From the NCBI GenBank assembly GCA_022712315.1, contig JALAGS010000080.1:21209-85208 (forward strand): DNA of 64,000 bases, given 5' to 3'. This stretch comes from Sphingobacterium sp. GTDB taxonomy: Bacteria; Bacteroidota; Bacteroidia; Sphingobacteriales; Sphingobacteriaceae. The position numbers and the translations under genes were made by a program. Under the pieces are notes generated by a model. The model saw only the letters and a list, made by a program, of their open reading frames with translations, searched no databases and was not told the DNA's origin. Below, in pieces: positions 33,144 through 43,489 of the stretch; position 1 is the stretch's first letter; each line of letters begins with the position of its first letter.

Positions 33144-34589
33144 ATGAATTACATGAAAGAAAACTCGATCGTATCCAAGCAGATGACCAAACAATGGCAG
33201 CCTGCTGTATACGATGTAAATGCAGCGGAAAAGCGATCTGAGAATACAGTGAGCAAAAAGGAAGAAAGCAACTTTGGTCCGAAGGAATACGTTATTTTTG
33301 GGGCAACATTTTTTATCTTATTTGCGTCAGTTTTTGGCGTATATATGCTTCAGCCCGATTTTGATGCTTTACGTTTCCAACGTCTGGATAGTATCGGCGG
33401 AACATTCTTAATTGTCTTGGGTATATTATTAGCGGTTATCGCGATCAGCTTTTTGATTTTTTTGATTGTACTGCATCGTAAATATAAGCCCATCGCTTCT
33501 GTATCGGACAATGAGCTACCAACTTGTACGATTATTGTTCCGGCTTATAATGAAGGACAGTTAGTCTATGATACCTTACATAGTTTGGCTAGCAGCGATT
33601 ATCCGGAGAAGAAACTTCAGATTATTGCGATTGACGACGGAAGTAAGGATAACACTTTTGCCTGGATACAACGTGCCAAAATGGAATTGGGCGACCGTGT
33701 GGAAATTTATCAGCAGCCCAAAAATATGGGTAAAAGACATGCCCTATACCGTGGATTTAAGTTAGGTACTGGAGAGATCTTTATCACGGTTGATAGTGAT
33801 TCAATTGTTAAAAAAGATACCATACGCAATATGGCCAGTCCTTTTGTGACAAACAAGGAATGTGGAGCAGTAGCAGGTAACGTGCGTGTATTGAATACTA
33901 AAAAGGCGATTATACCGCGGATGTTGAATGTCAGCTTTGTATTTAGTTTTGAATTTGTACGTTCAGCTCAAAGTATGTTGGGTACTGTCATGTGTACTCC
34001 GGGAGCTTTATCGGGTTACCGTAAAGAGGCTGTCATGAACTGTTTAGAGGATTGGATCAATCAGACATTTATGGGACAGCCGTCTGACATCGGTGAAGAT
34101 CGTGCGATGACGAATATGATCTTAAAACAAGGTTATCATGTGTTATTTCAATCCAATGCATATGTGTATACCGACACACCGGTACGTTATAAAAACCTGT
34201 ACAAGATGTTTATCCGTTGGGAACGAAGCAATGTGCGTGAAAACATCGCGATGAGTCAATTTGCTTTTAAGAATTTCCGTCAAGGGCCTAAATGGGGAGC
34301 ACGTATCTTATTGCTCATGCAATGGAAAAAGGTATTGTTAGCGTATCCAATGATGCTATTGATGCTGTGGACTGTATTTCATTATCCATTGATGTTCTTA
34401 AGTTCTACTTTGGTAGGTATCTTAATATTCTCAAGCATTCAGGCTTATTTCTTTGCCTCCAAAAACTCAGACGCCAAAGAAGCATTCTGGGCATATAGCT
34501 ACAGCATATTCTACGCCTTCAGTTTATTCTGGATTACCCCATATGCCATAGCAACAGCTGGACGCAGAGGTTGGTTGACAAGAGGTTAA
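33144..34589 (+). CDS. Processive GT2 glycosyltransferase, class-I hyaluronan synthase/NodC-like
   Basis: 2 N-terminal TMs; IVPAYNE, DDGS, GKRHAL, TVDSD, GEDRAMTN, FIRWERS (QxxRW-like); C-terminal TMs ending YAIATAGRRGWLTR. Confidence 0.8.
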   Translation: MNYMKENSIVSKQMTKQWQPAVYDVNAAEKRSENTVSKKEESNFGPKEYVIFGATFFILFASVFGVYMLQPDFDALRFQRLDSIGGTFLIVLGILLAVIAISFLIFLIVLHRKYKPIASVSDNELPTCTIIVPAYNEGQLVYDTLHSLASSDYPEKKLQIIAIDDGSKDNTFAWIQRAKMELGDRVEIYQQPKNMGKRHALYRGFKLGTGEIFITVDSDSIVKKDTIRNMASPFVTNKECGAVAGNVRVLNTKKAIIPRMLNVSFVFSFEFVRSAQSMLGTVMCTPGALSGYRKEAVMNCLEDWINQTFMGQPSDIGEDRAMTNMILKQGYHVLFQSNAYVYTDTPVRYKNLYKMFIRWERSNVRENIAMSQFAFKNFRQGPKWGARILLLMQWKKVLLAYPMMLLMLWTVFHYPLMFLSSTLVGILIFSSIQAYFFASKNSDAKEAFWAYSYSIFYAFSLFWITPYAIATAGRRGWLTRG

Positions 34590-34623
34590 ATTTAAAGCAA
34601 AGAACGTATATTTACAGCTATAT

Positions 34624-35925
34624 ATGAGAGATTTTCAGGTAAAAAAAATTGCCATCATTGGTCAAGGATATGTCGGGTTGCCATTAGCAATAGCGTTTTC
34701 CGACTATTTCCCCGTGATTGGATTTGATATTAATGAAACACGTATTGATGAACTTAGGCGCGGTGTTGACCGTACACTGGAAGCTGATAAAAAAGAACTG
34801 GAACTTGCAAGAGAGCTATTTACCACATCAAACCAAAGTAAGGGGTATAATGCAAGTAGTTCTACCGCAGACATTGCTGATGCAAACGTATATATAGTCA
34901 CCGTACCAACTCCTATTGATCGCTATAATTCACCCGATCTATCTCCATTGCTGGAGGCATCTAAAATGATTGGCGGATTATTAAATCCGGGCGATTTGGT
35001 TATTTATGAATCTACGGTCTATCCGGGCTGTACAGAAGAGGAATGTGTCCCGGTTTTGGAGAAGTTTTCGGGCTTAAAGTTTAATCAAGATTTTTTTGTC
35101 GGCTATTCTCCGGAACGAATTAATCCGGGGGATAAAGTAAATTCACTTCAAAAAGTAGTGAAGGTAACGTCTGGAAGTACTCCAGAGGCTGGATTAGCGG
35201 TAGATGGACTCTATAAAAAAATTATTGAGGCCGGCACGCACTTAGCACCATCGATCAAGGTAGCAGAAGCAGCAAAAGTTATCGAAAATGCACAACGCGA
35301 TGTGAATATTTCTTTTATGAATGAACTTGCACTGATCTTTGATCGTGTAGGTATAGACACGCAGGATGTCTTGGATGCCGCTGGAACAAAATACAACTTT
35401 TTACGTTTCAAGCCAGGTTTAGTCGGTGGGCACTGTATTTCTGTCGACCCTTATTATCTCGCTCAAAAAGCAACTCAACTAGGATATCACCCGCATGTTA
35501 TTTTATCTGGAAGAGAAGTGAATGATCAGATAGCCTCCTTCATTGCTTCAAAAGTCGTTAAACTGATGATTCAGAAAAATATCAGGTTTGAGGGAGCTAA
35601 AGCTTTGGTGCTGGGGATCACTTTTAAAGAAAATTGCCCTGATATCAGGAATAGTAAAGTCATTGACATGATCTATGACCTTCAAGAATTCGGACTGAAA
35701 GTAGATATTTATGATCCATGGGCAAATATAAATGAGGTGAAAAAGCATTTTAATCTGGACCTGTTATCAAATCTTCCTGAATCTGGAAATTATGATAGCG
35801 TTATACTTGCTGTCGGACACAGAGAGTTTTTACATTTAGATCTTAACAATCTTAAAAATAATCCTTCAGTTGTTTTTGATATCAAGGGTATACTCGACCG
35901 AAAATTGGTAGATGCCCGCTTATAA
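34624..35925 (+). CDS. Nucleotide-sugar dehydrogenase, TviB/WbpO/WecC-type (UDP-N-acetylhexosamine 6-dehydrogenase-like)
   Basis: GQGYVGLPLA, YSPERINPG, EAAKVIENAQRDVNI, PGLVGGHCISVDPYYL, LGITFKENCPDIRNSK. Confidence 0.9.
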   Translation: MRDFQVKKIAIIGQGYVGLPLAIAFSDYFPVIGFDINETRIDELRRGVDRTLEADKKELELARELFTTSNQSKGYNASSSTADIADANVYIVTVPTPIDRYNSPDLSPLLEASKMIGGLLNPGDLVIYESTVYPGCTEEECVPVLEKFSGLKFNQDFFVGYSPERINPGDKVNSLQKVVKVTSGSTPEAGLAVDGLYKKIIEAGTHLAPSIKVAEAAKVIENAQRDVNISFMNELALIFDRVGIDTQDVLDAAGTKYNFLRFKPGLVGGHCISVDPYYLAQKATQLGYHPHVILSGREVNDQIASFIASKVVKLMIQKNIRFEGAKALVLGITFKENCPDIRNSKVIDMIYDLQEFGLKVDIYDPWANINEVKKHFNLDLLSNLPESGNYDSVILAVGHREFLHLDLNNLKNNPSVVFDIKGILDRKLVDARL

Positions 35926-35950
35926 AGATCCGTTCTAATTATATTTTTTC

Positions 35951-35995
35951 AAATCCTGATCTGCTTAAATTCGTGACAAGTAGATCAGGATTTTT
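35951..35995 (+). terminator. Terminator closing the GT2-dehydrogenase operon
   Basis: AAATCCTGATCT/AGATCAGGATTT stem plus T-run. Confidence 0.8.
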
Positions 35996-36080
35996 ACGAT
36001 CTGGCATTTTATGCAATCGTTTGATTAAAAAAAACATTACTATATTTTTTGTTTTTAATACTAACTTAACACCACAATTA

Positions 36081-36088
36081 TAAATTTG
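36081..36088 (+). promoter_or_regulatory. -7 promoter element for ECF sigma gene
   Basis: TAAATTTG exact match. Confidence 0.55.
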
Positions 36089-36128
36089 GCCTAATTAAAC
36101 TAAGGGAGTTACACAAATTGCGGTAATT

Positions 36129-36668
36129 ATGGAACAGTTAGATGACACCGAACTATTCGCTGGGATTCAAGCAAATGACCGTCATGCTTTTTCGGAATTA
36201 GTCAATCGCTATTCGGCTATACTTTTTCGATTTATACAGCGTCGTGTTTCCTGTGTCGAAGACAGTGAAGACATCCTGCAGGAAGTATTTGTGTCCCTCT
36301 GGAACAACAGGCACAAGATCAACATCGAATACTCCCTTTATCCGTATCTTTTTAAAACAGCCAAGTACAAAATAATCGACTGGACCATACAAGAGCAGCG
36401 GAAGGTTGCCCGTGCTGAAGCCCTCTTACAGACCTACCAAACCCAGTCTACAACAACATCTGAAGAAGAACTCTTGGCAAAAGAGCTATCGGTACTTATC
36501 GAACAAGAAATAGACAAGATGCCTACCACAATGAAATCTGCATTCTCGCTCAGCCGAAAGGAATCCATGTCCATTAAAGATATTGCCACCGAGCTTGCAT
36601 TATCCGAACAAACCGTAAAAAATAATATCTCCCTGGCTCTGGGCTGGCTCAAGCTTCGATTTAAATAA
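36129..36668 (+). CDS. ECF sigma-70 factor (Bacteroidota PUL-associated)
   Basis: AFSELVNRY, EDILQEVFVSLW, AFSLSRKESMSIKDIA..LSEQTVKNNISLAL. Confidence 0.92.
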   Translation: MEQLDDTELFAGIQANDRHAFSELVNRYSAILFRFIQRRVSCVEDSEDILQEVFVSLWNNRHKINIEYSLYPYLFKTAKYKIIDWTIQEQRKVARAEALLQTYQTQSTTTSEEELLAKELSVLIEQEIDKMPTTMKSAFSLSRKESMSIKDIATELALSEQTVKNNISLALGWLKLRFK

Positions 36669-36870
36669 TAAATCCAGGCTCGCTTTCCACCCACAGTGTT
36701 CCTTTGTGGTTCACGATAATCTCATGCGAAACATAGAGCCCCATTCTCAATAGCATCTTCAGCACTTCTCACTCTTCTTAAATATTTTATCCAGCTCAAA
36801 TACAGGTACTTATATTATTTTCAAATTTTTCTTCGGTACTTTCTGTCGATTAGAGGGATTATAGGTCTGT

Positions 36871-37995
36871 ATGAAGGAACAAGAATCATCAGATCAAGCA
36901 AAAGCGTTGCTCAAAAAATATTTGGCAGGCCAATGTACAGCAGCGGAAGAACAACAAGTGCTCCGTTGGTTCTATACATTGGATCAATCCGATAAAGAGC
37001 AATTTCAGGAAGAGCTGCCAGCGAACGAAACTCCGCCCCACCTGGCGTCGCGCATCAATGCTAGATTGGACGCCCAGCTATTTGATGAACCAACCCCTAT
37101 CAAACGGCTTACCTGGATGCGGTCCAAATGGATGGTGGCCGCCCTGATGTTGGCAATCTCGGGATTTAGTTTTTGGCTTTATCAAAAAGTGTCTTCGACT
37201 GCAGCAACAACAATGACACTGGCGGCCGAGATTCCTTCGCAAAGCAAGACATTTCACAACGACATCCTTCCCGGAGGACATTATGCAAAAATTATAACGC
37301 CTACAGGAAAAGAGCAGCAGCTCGCAGATCCATTTATTCAGCAGCATAATCCAACAACAGAAATAGCGGGGAAAAATTTCCGTGTTGATGTACCAAAGGC
37401 CGGTACATATATGGTCATTTTAGAAGATGGGACAAAAGTATGGCTCAATTCGCTTACCCAGCTTTCTTACCCAACACATTTTGAAACCGATCAACGACAA
37501 GTTACCTTAACCGGAGAAGCTTATTTTAAGGTTGCTAAGGATGCCAGCCGGCCTTTCCGAATCAATGCCAATGGGACAATGATTGAAGTCCTGGGAACCA
37601 CATTCAATGTAAATGCTTACGAAAAGGAGGTGTCAACATCACTTGTCGAAGGAAGTGTAAAAATTGTTAAAGAGGGGAAACAAACAATTATTAAACCCGG
37701 TGAGCAAGCAACAACACTGGCTAACGATATTCAGGTCCAACTGAGCGACCTGACTAAAAATACAGCATGGCAACGCGAAGAATTTTACTTTGATGGCAAT
37801 AATTTCAGCGATATCACACAGCAAATTGCACGGTGGTACAATGTTGAATTTGAAAATATCGAAGCCATGAATAACACTTCAACATATAAAGGCTCTATAA
37901 GCAGAAATAGCAAACTTTCGGAAGTATTACAAATCCTCGCTTTAGCGACAGGACGAAAATTTGACATCAACGGAAGGAAAGTCCTCGTGCAATGA
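36871..37995 (+). CDS. FecR-family anti-sigma factor
   Basis: LLKKYLAGQCT..EE N-terminus, single TM, LEDGTKVWLNS, LTGEAYFKVAKD, VLGTTFNV, SLVEGSV. Confidence 0.92.
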   Translation: MKEQESSDQAKALLKKYLAGQCTAAEEQQVLRWFYTLDQSDKEQFQEELPANETPPHLASRINARLDAQLFDEPTPIKRLTWMRSKWMVAALMLAISGFSFWLYQKVSSTAATTMTLAAEIPSQSKTFHNDILPGGHYAKIITPTGKEQQLADPFIQQHNPTTEIAGKNFRVDVPKAGTYMVILEDGTKVWLNSLTQLSYPTHFETDQRQVTLTGEAYFKVAKDASRPFRINANGTMIEVLGTTFNVNAYEKEVSTSLVEGSVKIVKEGKQTIIKPGEQATTLANDIQVQLSDLTKNTAWQREEFYFDGNNFSDITQQIARWYNVEFENIEAMNNTSTYKGSISRNSKLSEVLQILALATGRKFDINGRKVLVQ

Positions 37996-38059
37996 AATTG
38001 ATTATCTACCTTAAAAATACATCTATGGCATAAATATCGACTTATCGCCTGGCTATAAC

Positions 38060-38085
38060 AAAAAAGGGGATGTTGACGCATCCCC
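38060..38085 (-). terminator. Hairpin oriented as a minus-strand (antisense) intrinsic terminator between fecR and susC
   Basis: GGGGATG/CATCCCC stem; T6 tail only on the minus strand. Confidence 0.6.
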
Positions 38086-38153
38086 GGTTAAATCCAAGGC
38101 TTATTTTACTGATTACCAACAGAAATTTAAAACCTCAAAAATCATTCTAATTT

Positions 38154-41100
38154 ATGAATTTTTTTTCTCCAATGAAAAGGCAGGAGAAAACACGGGAATT
38201 CCGGATCCCTCCAGCCTTTAAAACTTTATGTATGATAAAGTTAAGCACTATTTCTTTGCTTTCCCTTGCTTTGGGAGCACATGCCTCGGGAACTGCGCAA
38301 ACAGTCAATCTCTCCCTAAAAAAGGTAAAGGTTGAGAAAGTCTTGCAAGAAATTTCCAAGCAGACAGATTTACGGTTTTTTTATGATGAAAAACTGCTGG
38401 ATAACCTACAGCCCATCAGTGTGGATGCAAACCATGCGTCTATTTCACAAGTACTGTCAAAGGCATTAAAAGGACAGAATCTAAGCTATCAGATTCTTAA
38501 CAACACCATCGTAATTTCCGAAAAACAACGTACTGATATCGAAATAACGGGTACTGTTCGCGATTCGCAATCAGCACTTGCTGGTGTGACGGTAGCTGTT
38601 GAAGGCAATTCTGCTTTATCTACAAAAACAGATGCGAATGGTCACTTTTCACTTCGGATTCCCGAGAAAGCGATTCTTATATTTCAGTATGTGGGATACA
38701 CAACAGAGCGCATATCGGTAGGCAATCAACGCACATTGAATGTAACTTTGCAAGCAAGCAACTCTCAATTGGATGAGGTCGTTGTTGTAGGCTATGGCAC
38801 ACAAAGGAAAGTCAATCTTACCGGAGCTGTTGATATGGTCTCTTCAAAACAATTAGAAAGTCGCCCTATCGCCAACCTGGGTGCTGGATTACAGGGGTTG
38901 ATTCCAAATCTTAATATCACAAGTGCAAATGGGCGCGCAACAACAAATCCTTCTTTTAACGTTCGCGGTTTTACAAGCTTAAATGGTGGAGAGCCACTGA
39001 TTTTGGTTGATAATATTCCTTACTCATCCGACGAAGTAGCCCGCATCAACCCAAATGACGTGGAGAATGTGTCTGTACTTAAAGATGCCGCTTCGGCAGC
39101 AATCTATGGTGCCCGCGGGGGATTTGGCGTGGTACTGATTACCACTAAAAAAGCAAAAAGCGACAAATTAGATATCGCTTTCAGTAGCAATGTGGGGTAT
39201 AGAACACTAGGAAAGCTTCCTAAATTTATTACGGATCCTTATCAGGTCATGGACATCAAAACAGAAGCTGGAAAGCCTTTGTATAATCTCTACCCAGAAT
39301 CTGCACGTGAGTATGCAAAAAAACGCTCACTAGATCCATCGTTGCCTGCCGTAACCTTGTCTGACAATGGTCAGGATTGGGTATATACCGGTACCACAGA
39401 CTGGTTAAAAGAAGCTTATAACAATACCGCCCCCACCTACAATGCAAATTTAAGTATTGCTAAGAAATCCGATAAGATCGGTTATTATTTATCTAGTGAT
39501 TACTATAGACAGGACGGACTTCTAAAATACGGTAACGATATTTACAAACGTTACAACGTCAGAGGAAAAGTCGATCTTGATGTGACAAATTGGCTACAGA
39601 TTTCCAATAATACCCTATTAACGAGTACAAACTACGAAGCTCCTGTTTTCCTGGATGGTGATTTTTTCTGGAATGTCAACCGCACGAACTCCCTGGATGT
39701 ACCTTTTAATCCCGATGGAACCTGGACAAAAGCAGGTGCACAGGTACTGGGTGCTTTACAGCAAGGCGGGAGAAAAGACAACCGCATCAATGAGTTTATC
39801 ACAACATTTGCCGCCAAAGCTTCATTAATAAAAGGAGTATGGGACTTAAACGCCGACGCAACCATTCGGAGAACCGCGGGAACAACCCGTTCGTACGATG
39901 TACCCTCCATGTATAAAACAGGCCTACAAGCTGTATTAACACCGACATTCTCCAATACCTACGCGAGAAATGATAATTCAACGACTAGATATAATGTGTA
40001 CAATATCTACACAGATTTTCATAAGGAGTTTGGAGACCATTATTTCCAAGCAATGGTAGGTTACAATCAAGAATATTACTATACGAACAACAATTGGATA
40101 AAAGCACTTAACTTAATATCTTCATCTGTCCCATCAATTGGTACTGCAACGGGAAATATTACGAAAGATGAACAAATCAAGGACTGGGCGGTGCAAGGTA
40201 TCTTCTCGCGTATAAGTTATAATTACAAAGAGAAATACCTAGCAGAATTCAACGGTCGCTTTGATGGGTCTTCCCGTTTCCCGAAAGGTAATCGCTGGGG
40301 CTTTTTTCCATCCATTTCAGCAGGTTGGGCCGTTTCAAAAGAGAGTTTCTTCGAACCGGTAAAGCAAGCACTGTCGATGGATTTCTTAAAGATCAGAGGA
40401 TCTTATGGTTCGCTGGGGAACCAACTATTCTCATACAATAATGACAGACCTTACTACGACACGTATCCGTATATCCCAATTATGAATAACAAACAGACGG
40501 ATTATATTCTGGGAACTGGAAAACCTCAGGCTGTCTATAGCCCTAATGCTGTTTCCGACACCTTTACTTGGGAAACCATTCAGACGGTCAATGCAGGGAT
40601 TGACATGAATTTTTTCAATAGCAAACTAGGTGTCAATTTTGACAAATATACGCGTTACACCAAAGATATGCTGGTACCCGGAAAAGAGCTTCCAGGGCCA
40701 TTCGGCACCGTAATTCCCGTAGAAAATGCAGGTGACCTGAAAACAAAAGGCTGGGAATTACGTCTCACCTGGCGCGATAGCAAAGAAGTCGGCGGCTCAC
40801 CTTTCTGGTACAATATTGCGCTAACTTTGGCCGACAACCGCTCCTGGATAACACGCTTTGACAACCCGAGCAAATCTTTGGGAGACAACTGGATAAGAAA
40901 TTATGTAGGGCAAGAAATCGGAGAAATCTGGGGGGCGGATATTACCGGCTTCTTCAAAAGCGATGCTGATGTAGCACAACATCCAAATCAAACAGCCATG
41001 GGGACAGACGATCAATCGTACAAGTTCTATGCAGGCGATCCGATCTTTGCTGACCGTAATGGGGACGGCAAGGTCGACATGGGAAAGAAAACAGTAGATG

Positions 41101-41657
41101 ATCCGGGAGATATGCATATTATCGGCAACAACAGCTCGCGACTTCCCTATAGTATTGACCTTTCAACAGGGTGGAAAGGTTTTGACTTCCGGGTATTCCT
41201 ACAGGGCATCGGAAAACGTGACTGGTATCCAGGCGGTTCTAACATCTATTTTTGGGGAGTGAATGCGCAGCCATGGACAAATCCAACCGTTCAAAATGCA
41301 GATCATTGGACTCCTGATAATCAAAATGCTTACTTCCCGGCGATACGCGCTTATTCGGCAGAAGACAATTACCAGCAACTTGGTATACCGAACAAACGTT
41401 ATATGCAAAATGGAGCCTATATGCGTGTGAAAAACCTAACCGTGGGTTACACGCTGCCTCAGTCGGTATTGCAAAGCCTTAAATTACATAAAGTGCGTTT
41501 CTTCTTTAGTGCAGAAAACGTGTTCGAAATCTCACACCTCAAAGTTAAGTTAGATCCAGAATCTCTGGGCGGTATATATCCATCGTCGGCAAACAGGGTA
41601 CAGGCGGCCTATCCTTTTCAACGGACATTTACTTTCGGCCTAAACATGAATCTTTAA
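38154..41657 (+). CDS. SusC/RagA TonB-dependent transducer with N-terminal STN signalling domain
   Basis: STN (VLQEISKQTDLRFFY), LDEVVVVGYGTQ, VLKDAASAAIYGARGGFGVVLITTK, C-terminal YPFQRTFTFGLNMNL; exact start uncertain. Confidence 0.95.
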   Translation: MNFFSPMKRQEKTREFRIPPAFKTLCMIKLSTISLLSLALGAHASGTAQTVNLSLKKVKVEKVLQEISKQTDLRFFYDEKLLDNLQPISVDANHASISQVLSKALKGQNLSYQILNNTIVISEKQRTDIEITGTVRDSQSALAGVTVAVEGNSALSTKTDANGHFSLRIPEKAILIFQYVGYTTERISVGNQRTLNVTLQASNSQLDEVVVVGYGTQRKVNLTGAVDMVSSKQLESRPIANLGAGLQGLIPNLNITSANGRATTNPSFNVRGFTSLNGGEPLILVDNIPYSSDEVARINPNDVENVSVLKDAASAAIYGARGGFGVVLITTKKAKSDKLDIAFSSNVGYRTLGKLPKFITDPYQVMDIKTEAGKPLYNLYPESAREYAKKRSLDPSLPAVTLSDNGQDWVYTGTTDWLKEAYNNTAPTYNANLSIAKKSDKIGYYLSSDYYRQDGLLKYGNDIYKRYNVRGKVDLDVTNWLQISNNTLLTSTNYEAPVFLDGDFFWNVNRTNSLDVPFNPDGTWTKAGAQVLGALQQGGRKDNRINEFITTFAAKASLIKGVWDLNADATIRRTAGTTRSYDVPSMYKTGLQAVLTPTFSNTYARNDNSTTRYNVYNIYTDFHKEFGDHYFQAMVGYNQEYYYTNNNWIKALNLISSSVPSIGTATGNITKDEQIKDWAVQGIFSRISYNYKEKYLAEFNGRFDGSSRFPKGNRWGFFPSISAGWAVSKESFFEPVKQALSMDFLKIRGSYGSLGNQLFSYNNDRPYYDTYPYIPIMNNKQTDYILGTGKPQAVYSPNAVSDTFTWETIQTVNAGIDMNFFNSKLGVNFDKYTRYTKDMLVPGKELPGPFGTVIPVENAGDLKTKGWELRLTWRDSKEVGGSPFWYNIALTLADNRSWITRFDNPSKSLGDNWIRNYVGQEIGEIWGADITGFFKSDADVAQHPNQTAMGTDDQSYKFYAGDPIFADRNGDGKVDMGKKTVDDPGDMHIIGNNSSRLPYSIDLSTGWKGFDFRVFLQGIGKRDWYPGGSNIYFWGVNAQPWTNPTVQNADHWTPDNQNAYFPAIRAYSAEDNYQQLGIPNKRYMQNGAYMRVKNLTVGYTLPQSVLQSLKLHKVRFFFSAENVFEISHLKVKLDPESLGGIYPSSANRVQAAYPFQRTFTFGLNMNL

Positions 41658-41674
41658 TTTCTAAAACTAAAAAA

Positions 41675-43468
41675 ATGAAACGTATCAATTATATCGCTTT
41701 AGCATCCCTTGTTCTTCTGGGTGCTTCTTGCAAAAAAGACTATCTGGACCGAACCTCCGGTTCTGCGATCACCAAGGAGGTCTTTTTTAATACACCTGAA
41801 GATCTCGCGACCTACACAAACGGTCTTTATAAACAAATGCGTGCGGAATACACAGATCTTTATTCAGACAATATTGCATTGAGCAACAACGATCAAAATG
41901 CCGAAGTGAGGACATTGCTGGCCGGCACATTGTCCCCTGCAACTGTTAAAGGATGGGATAAGGATGTATGGGCTCCTTTACGCGATGTGAACTATATGCT
42001 AGACAATGCCGGCAAAGTTGCTGGTGACCCCGCCGTCATCAATCATTATATCGGAATTGCACGCCTGCTCCGGGCTAATTTCTATTATAAAATGGTAAAA
42101 AAATACGGCGATGTGCCTTGGTACTCACATGTATTAGGGACTACGTCAGAGGAACTATATAAGGCGAAGGATCCACGGACCGCAGTTGTGGACTCGGTGA
42201 TGAAAGACCTTGAATTTGCTGCGGCAAATGTGCTCCCTGCACGTACAGATAATTCCTTCATAACAAAATGGAGCGCTTTGACCCTATTGTCCAGAATTTC
42301 GCTCCATGAAGGAACATTCCGAAAATACCATACAGAATTGAATCTGCAGAGCACTGCGCAGACATTTCTGGAAAGAGCAATTTCTGCTTCCCAAGAAATC
42401 ATGAGCAATGGTGGTTTTTCAATCTCGGGAAACAGTGTTACAGATTACAGGGCACTTTTTTCCAGCAATAATCTTTCGACGAATAAGGAGATTATCTTTT
42501 TACAAAAAAACAGCCGTGATCTAGGTGTTGCAAACAATACCCATACAGTCCTGGATTGGCAGTGGGCGTTAAGCGCAAACTTAGCGAATGAGTTTTTAAT
42601 GAAGGACGGAACTCCATTTACTTCTGTTACAGATTACGATAAGAAAAATTTCACAGAGATTTTCAAAGATCGCGACCCTCGCCTAGCGGAAACCGTCATG
42701 CCTCCGGGTTTTAGCAACAATGCTGCCAGCACACCTTATATCACACGCCCGGACTTCGGTGGATTACTACAAATTAAGTTTTACCCACGTGATCCTGCAC
42801 TCCGCGGCGGATGGGAGCTGAATTATACTGATCTTCCTATCATGCGGTATGCCGAAGTCTTGTTGATTAATGCCGAAGCGAAAGCTGAATTAGGAAAGCT
42901 AAGTCAGGCAGACATTGACGCGACAATAAATAAGGTCCGTGGTCGTGTAGGCATGCCTACATTAAATCTCACGACAGCCAACGCAGCACCAGACGCTTAT
43001 CTTGCGAAGCAATATCCAGCTGTAAGCGGAGCAAACAAAGGGGTTTTACTGGAAATTCGACGTGAGCGCCGTGTTGAGCTTGCTTGTGAAGGGTTCCGCT
43101 TTGACGATCTTTATCGATGGAAAGCAGGAGCACTGCTTGCTCAATCACCTTCTGGAATGTACATTCCTGCCTTAGGAGGAATAGACGTTACCGGAGATGG
43201 GGTTGCCGACATAGCTATTCTAAAAAAAGGAGATGATACCCCTATCGCAGGCCTTCCTGCCGCTGTAAAAGAAAAGATAGCCAAGTTTTATATTAATGAA
43301 GGGACTTTCTATCTCTCCAATGAGACTTCCGGAAAGATTATGTTCCTAGATGATAAAGCACCGCAACGTCCACGAAGCTTTGACGAAGCTAAATATTATT
43401 ATTTTCCGATACCAATCGAACAGACTGTATTGAATCCAAAACTGGAACAAACTACAGGCTGGAAGTAA
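41675..43468 (+). CDS. SusD/RagB lipoprotein
   Basis: Lipobox LGASC; YGDVPW, RYAEVLLINAEA, ERRVELACEGFRFDDLYRW, YYFPIP..LNPKLEQ..GW. Confidence 0.94.
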   Translation: MKRINYIALASLVLLGASCKKDYLDRTSGSAITKEVFFNTPEDLATYTNGLYKQMRAEYTDLYSDNIALSNNDQNAEVRTLLAGTLSPATVKGWDKDVWAPLRDVNYMLDNAGKVAGDPAVINHYIGIARLLRANFYYKMVKKYGDVPWYSHVLGTTSEELYKAKDPRTAVVDSVMKDLEFAAANVLPARTDNSFITKWSALTLLSRISLHEGTFRKYHTELNLQSTAQTFLERAISASQEIMSNGGFSISGNSVTDYRALFSSNNLSTNKEIIFLQKNSRDLGVANNTHTVLDWQWALSANLANEFLMKDGTPFTSVTDYDKKNFTEIFKDRDPRLAETVMPPGFSNNAASTPYITRPDFGGLLQIKFYPRDPALRGGWELNYTDLPIMRYAEVLLINAEAKAELGKLSQADIDATINKVRGRVGMPTLNLTTANAAPDAYLAKQYPAVSGANKGVLLEIRRERRVELACEGFRFDDLYRWKAGALLAQSPSGMYIPALGGIDVTGDGVADIAILKKGDDTPIAGLPAAVKEKIAKFYINEGTFYLSNETSGKIMFLDDKAPQRPRSFDEAKYYYFPIPIEQTVLNPKLEQTTGWK

Positions 43469-43489
43469 TAGTTTGATCTAAAACAATAA

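Noticed and set aside
38159-38166. T8 run at the susC 5' end as a phase-variation tract
   Set aside because: Homopolymers of this length are common in this AT-rich sequence, and the true start may lie downstream
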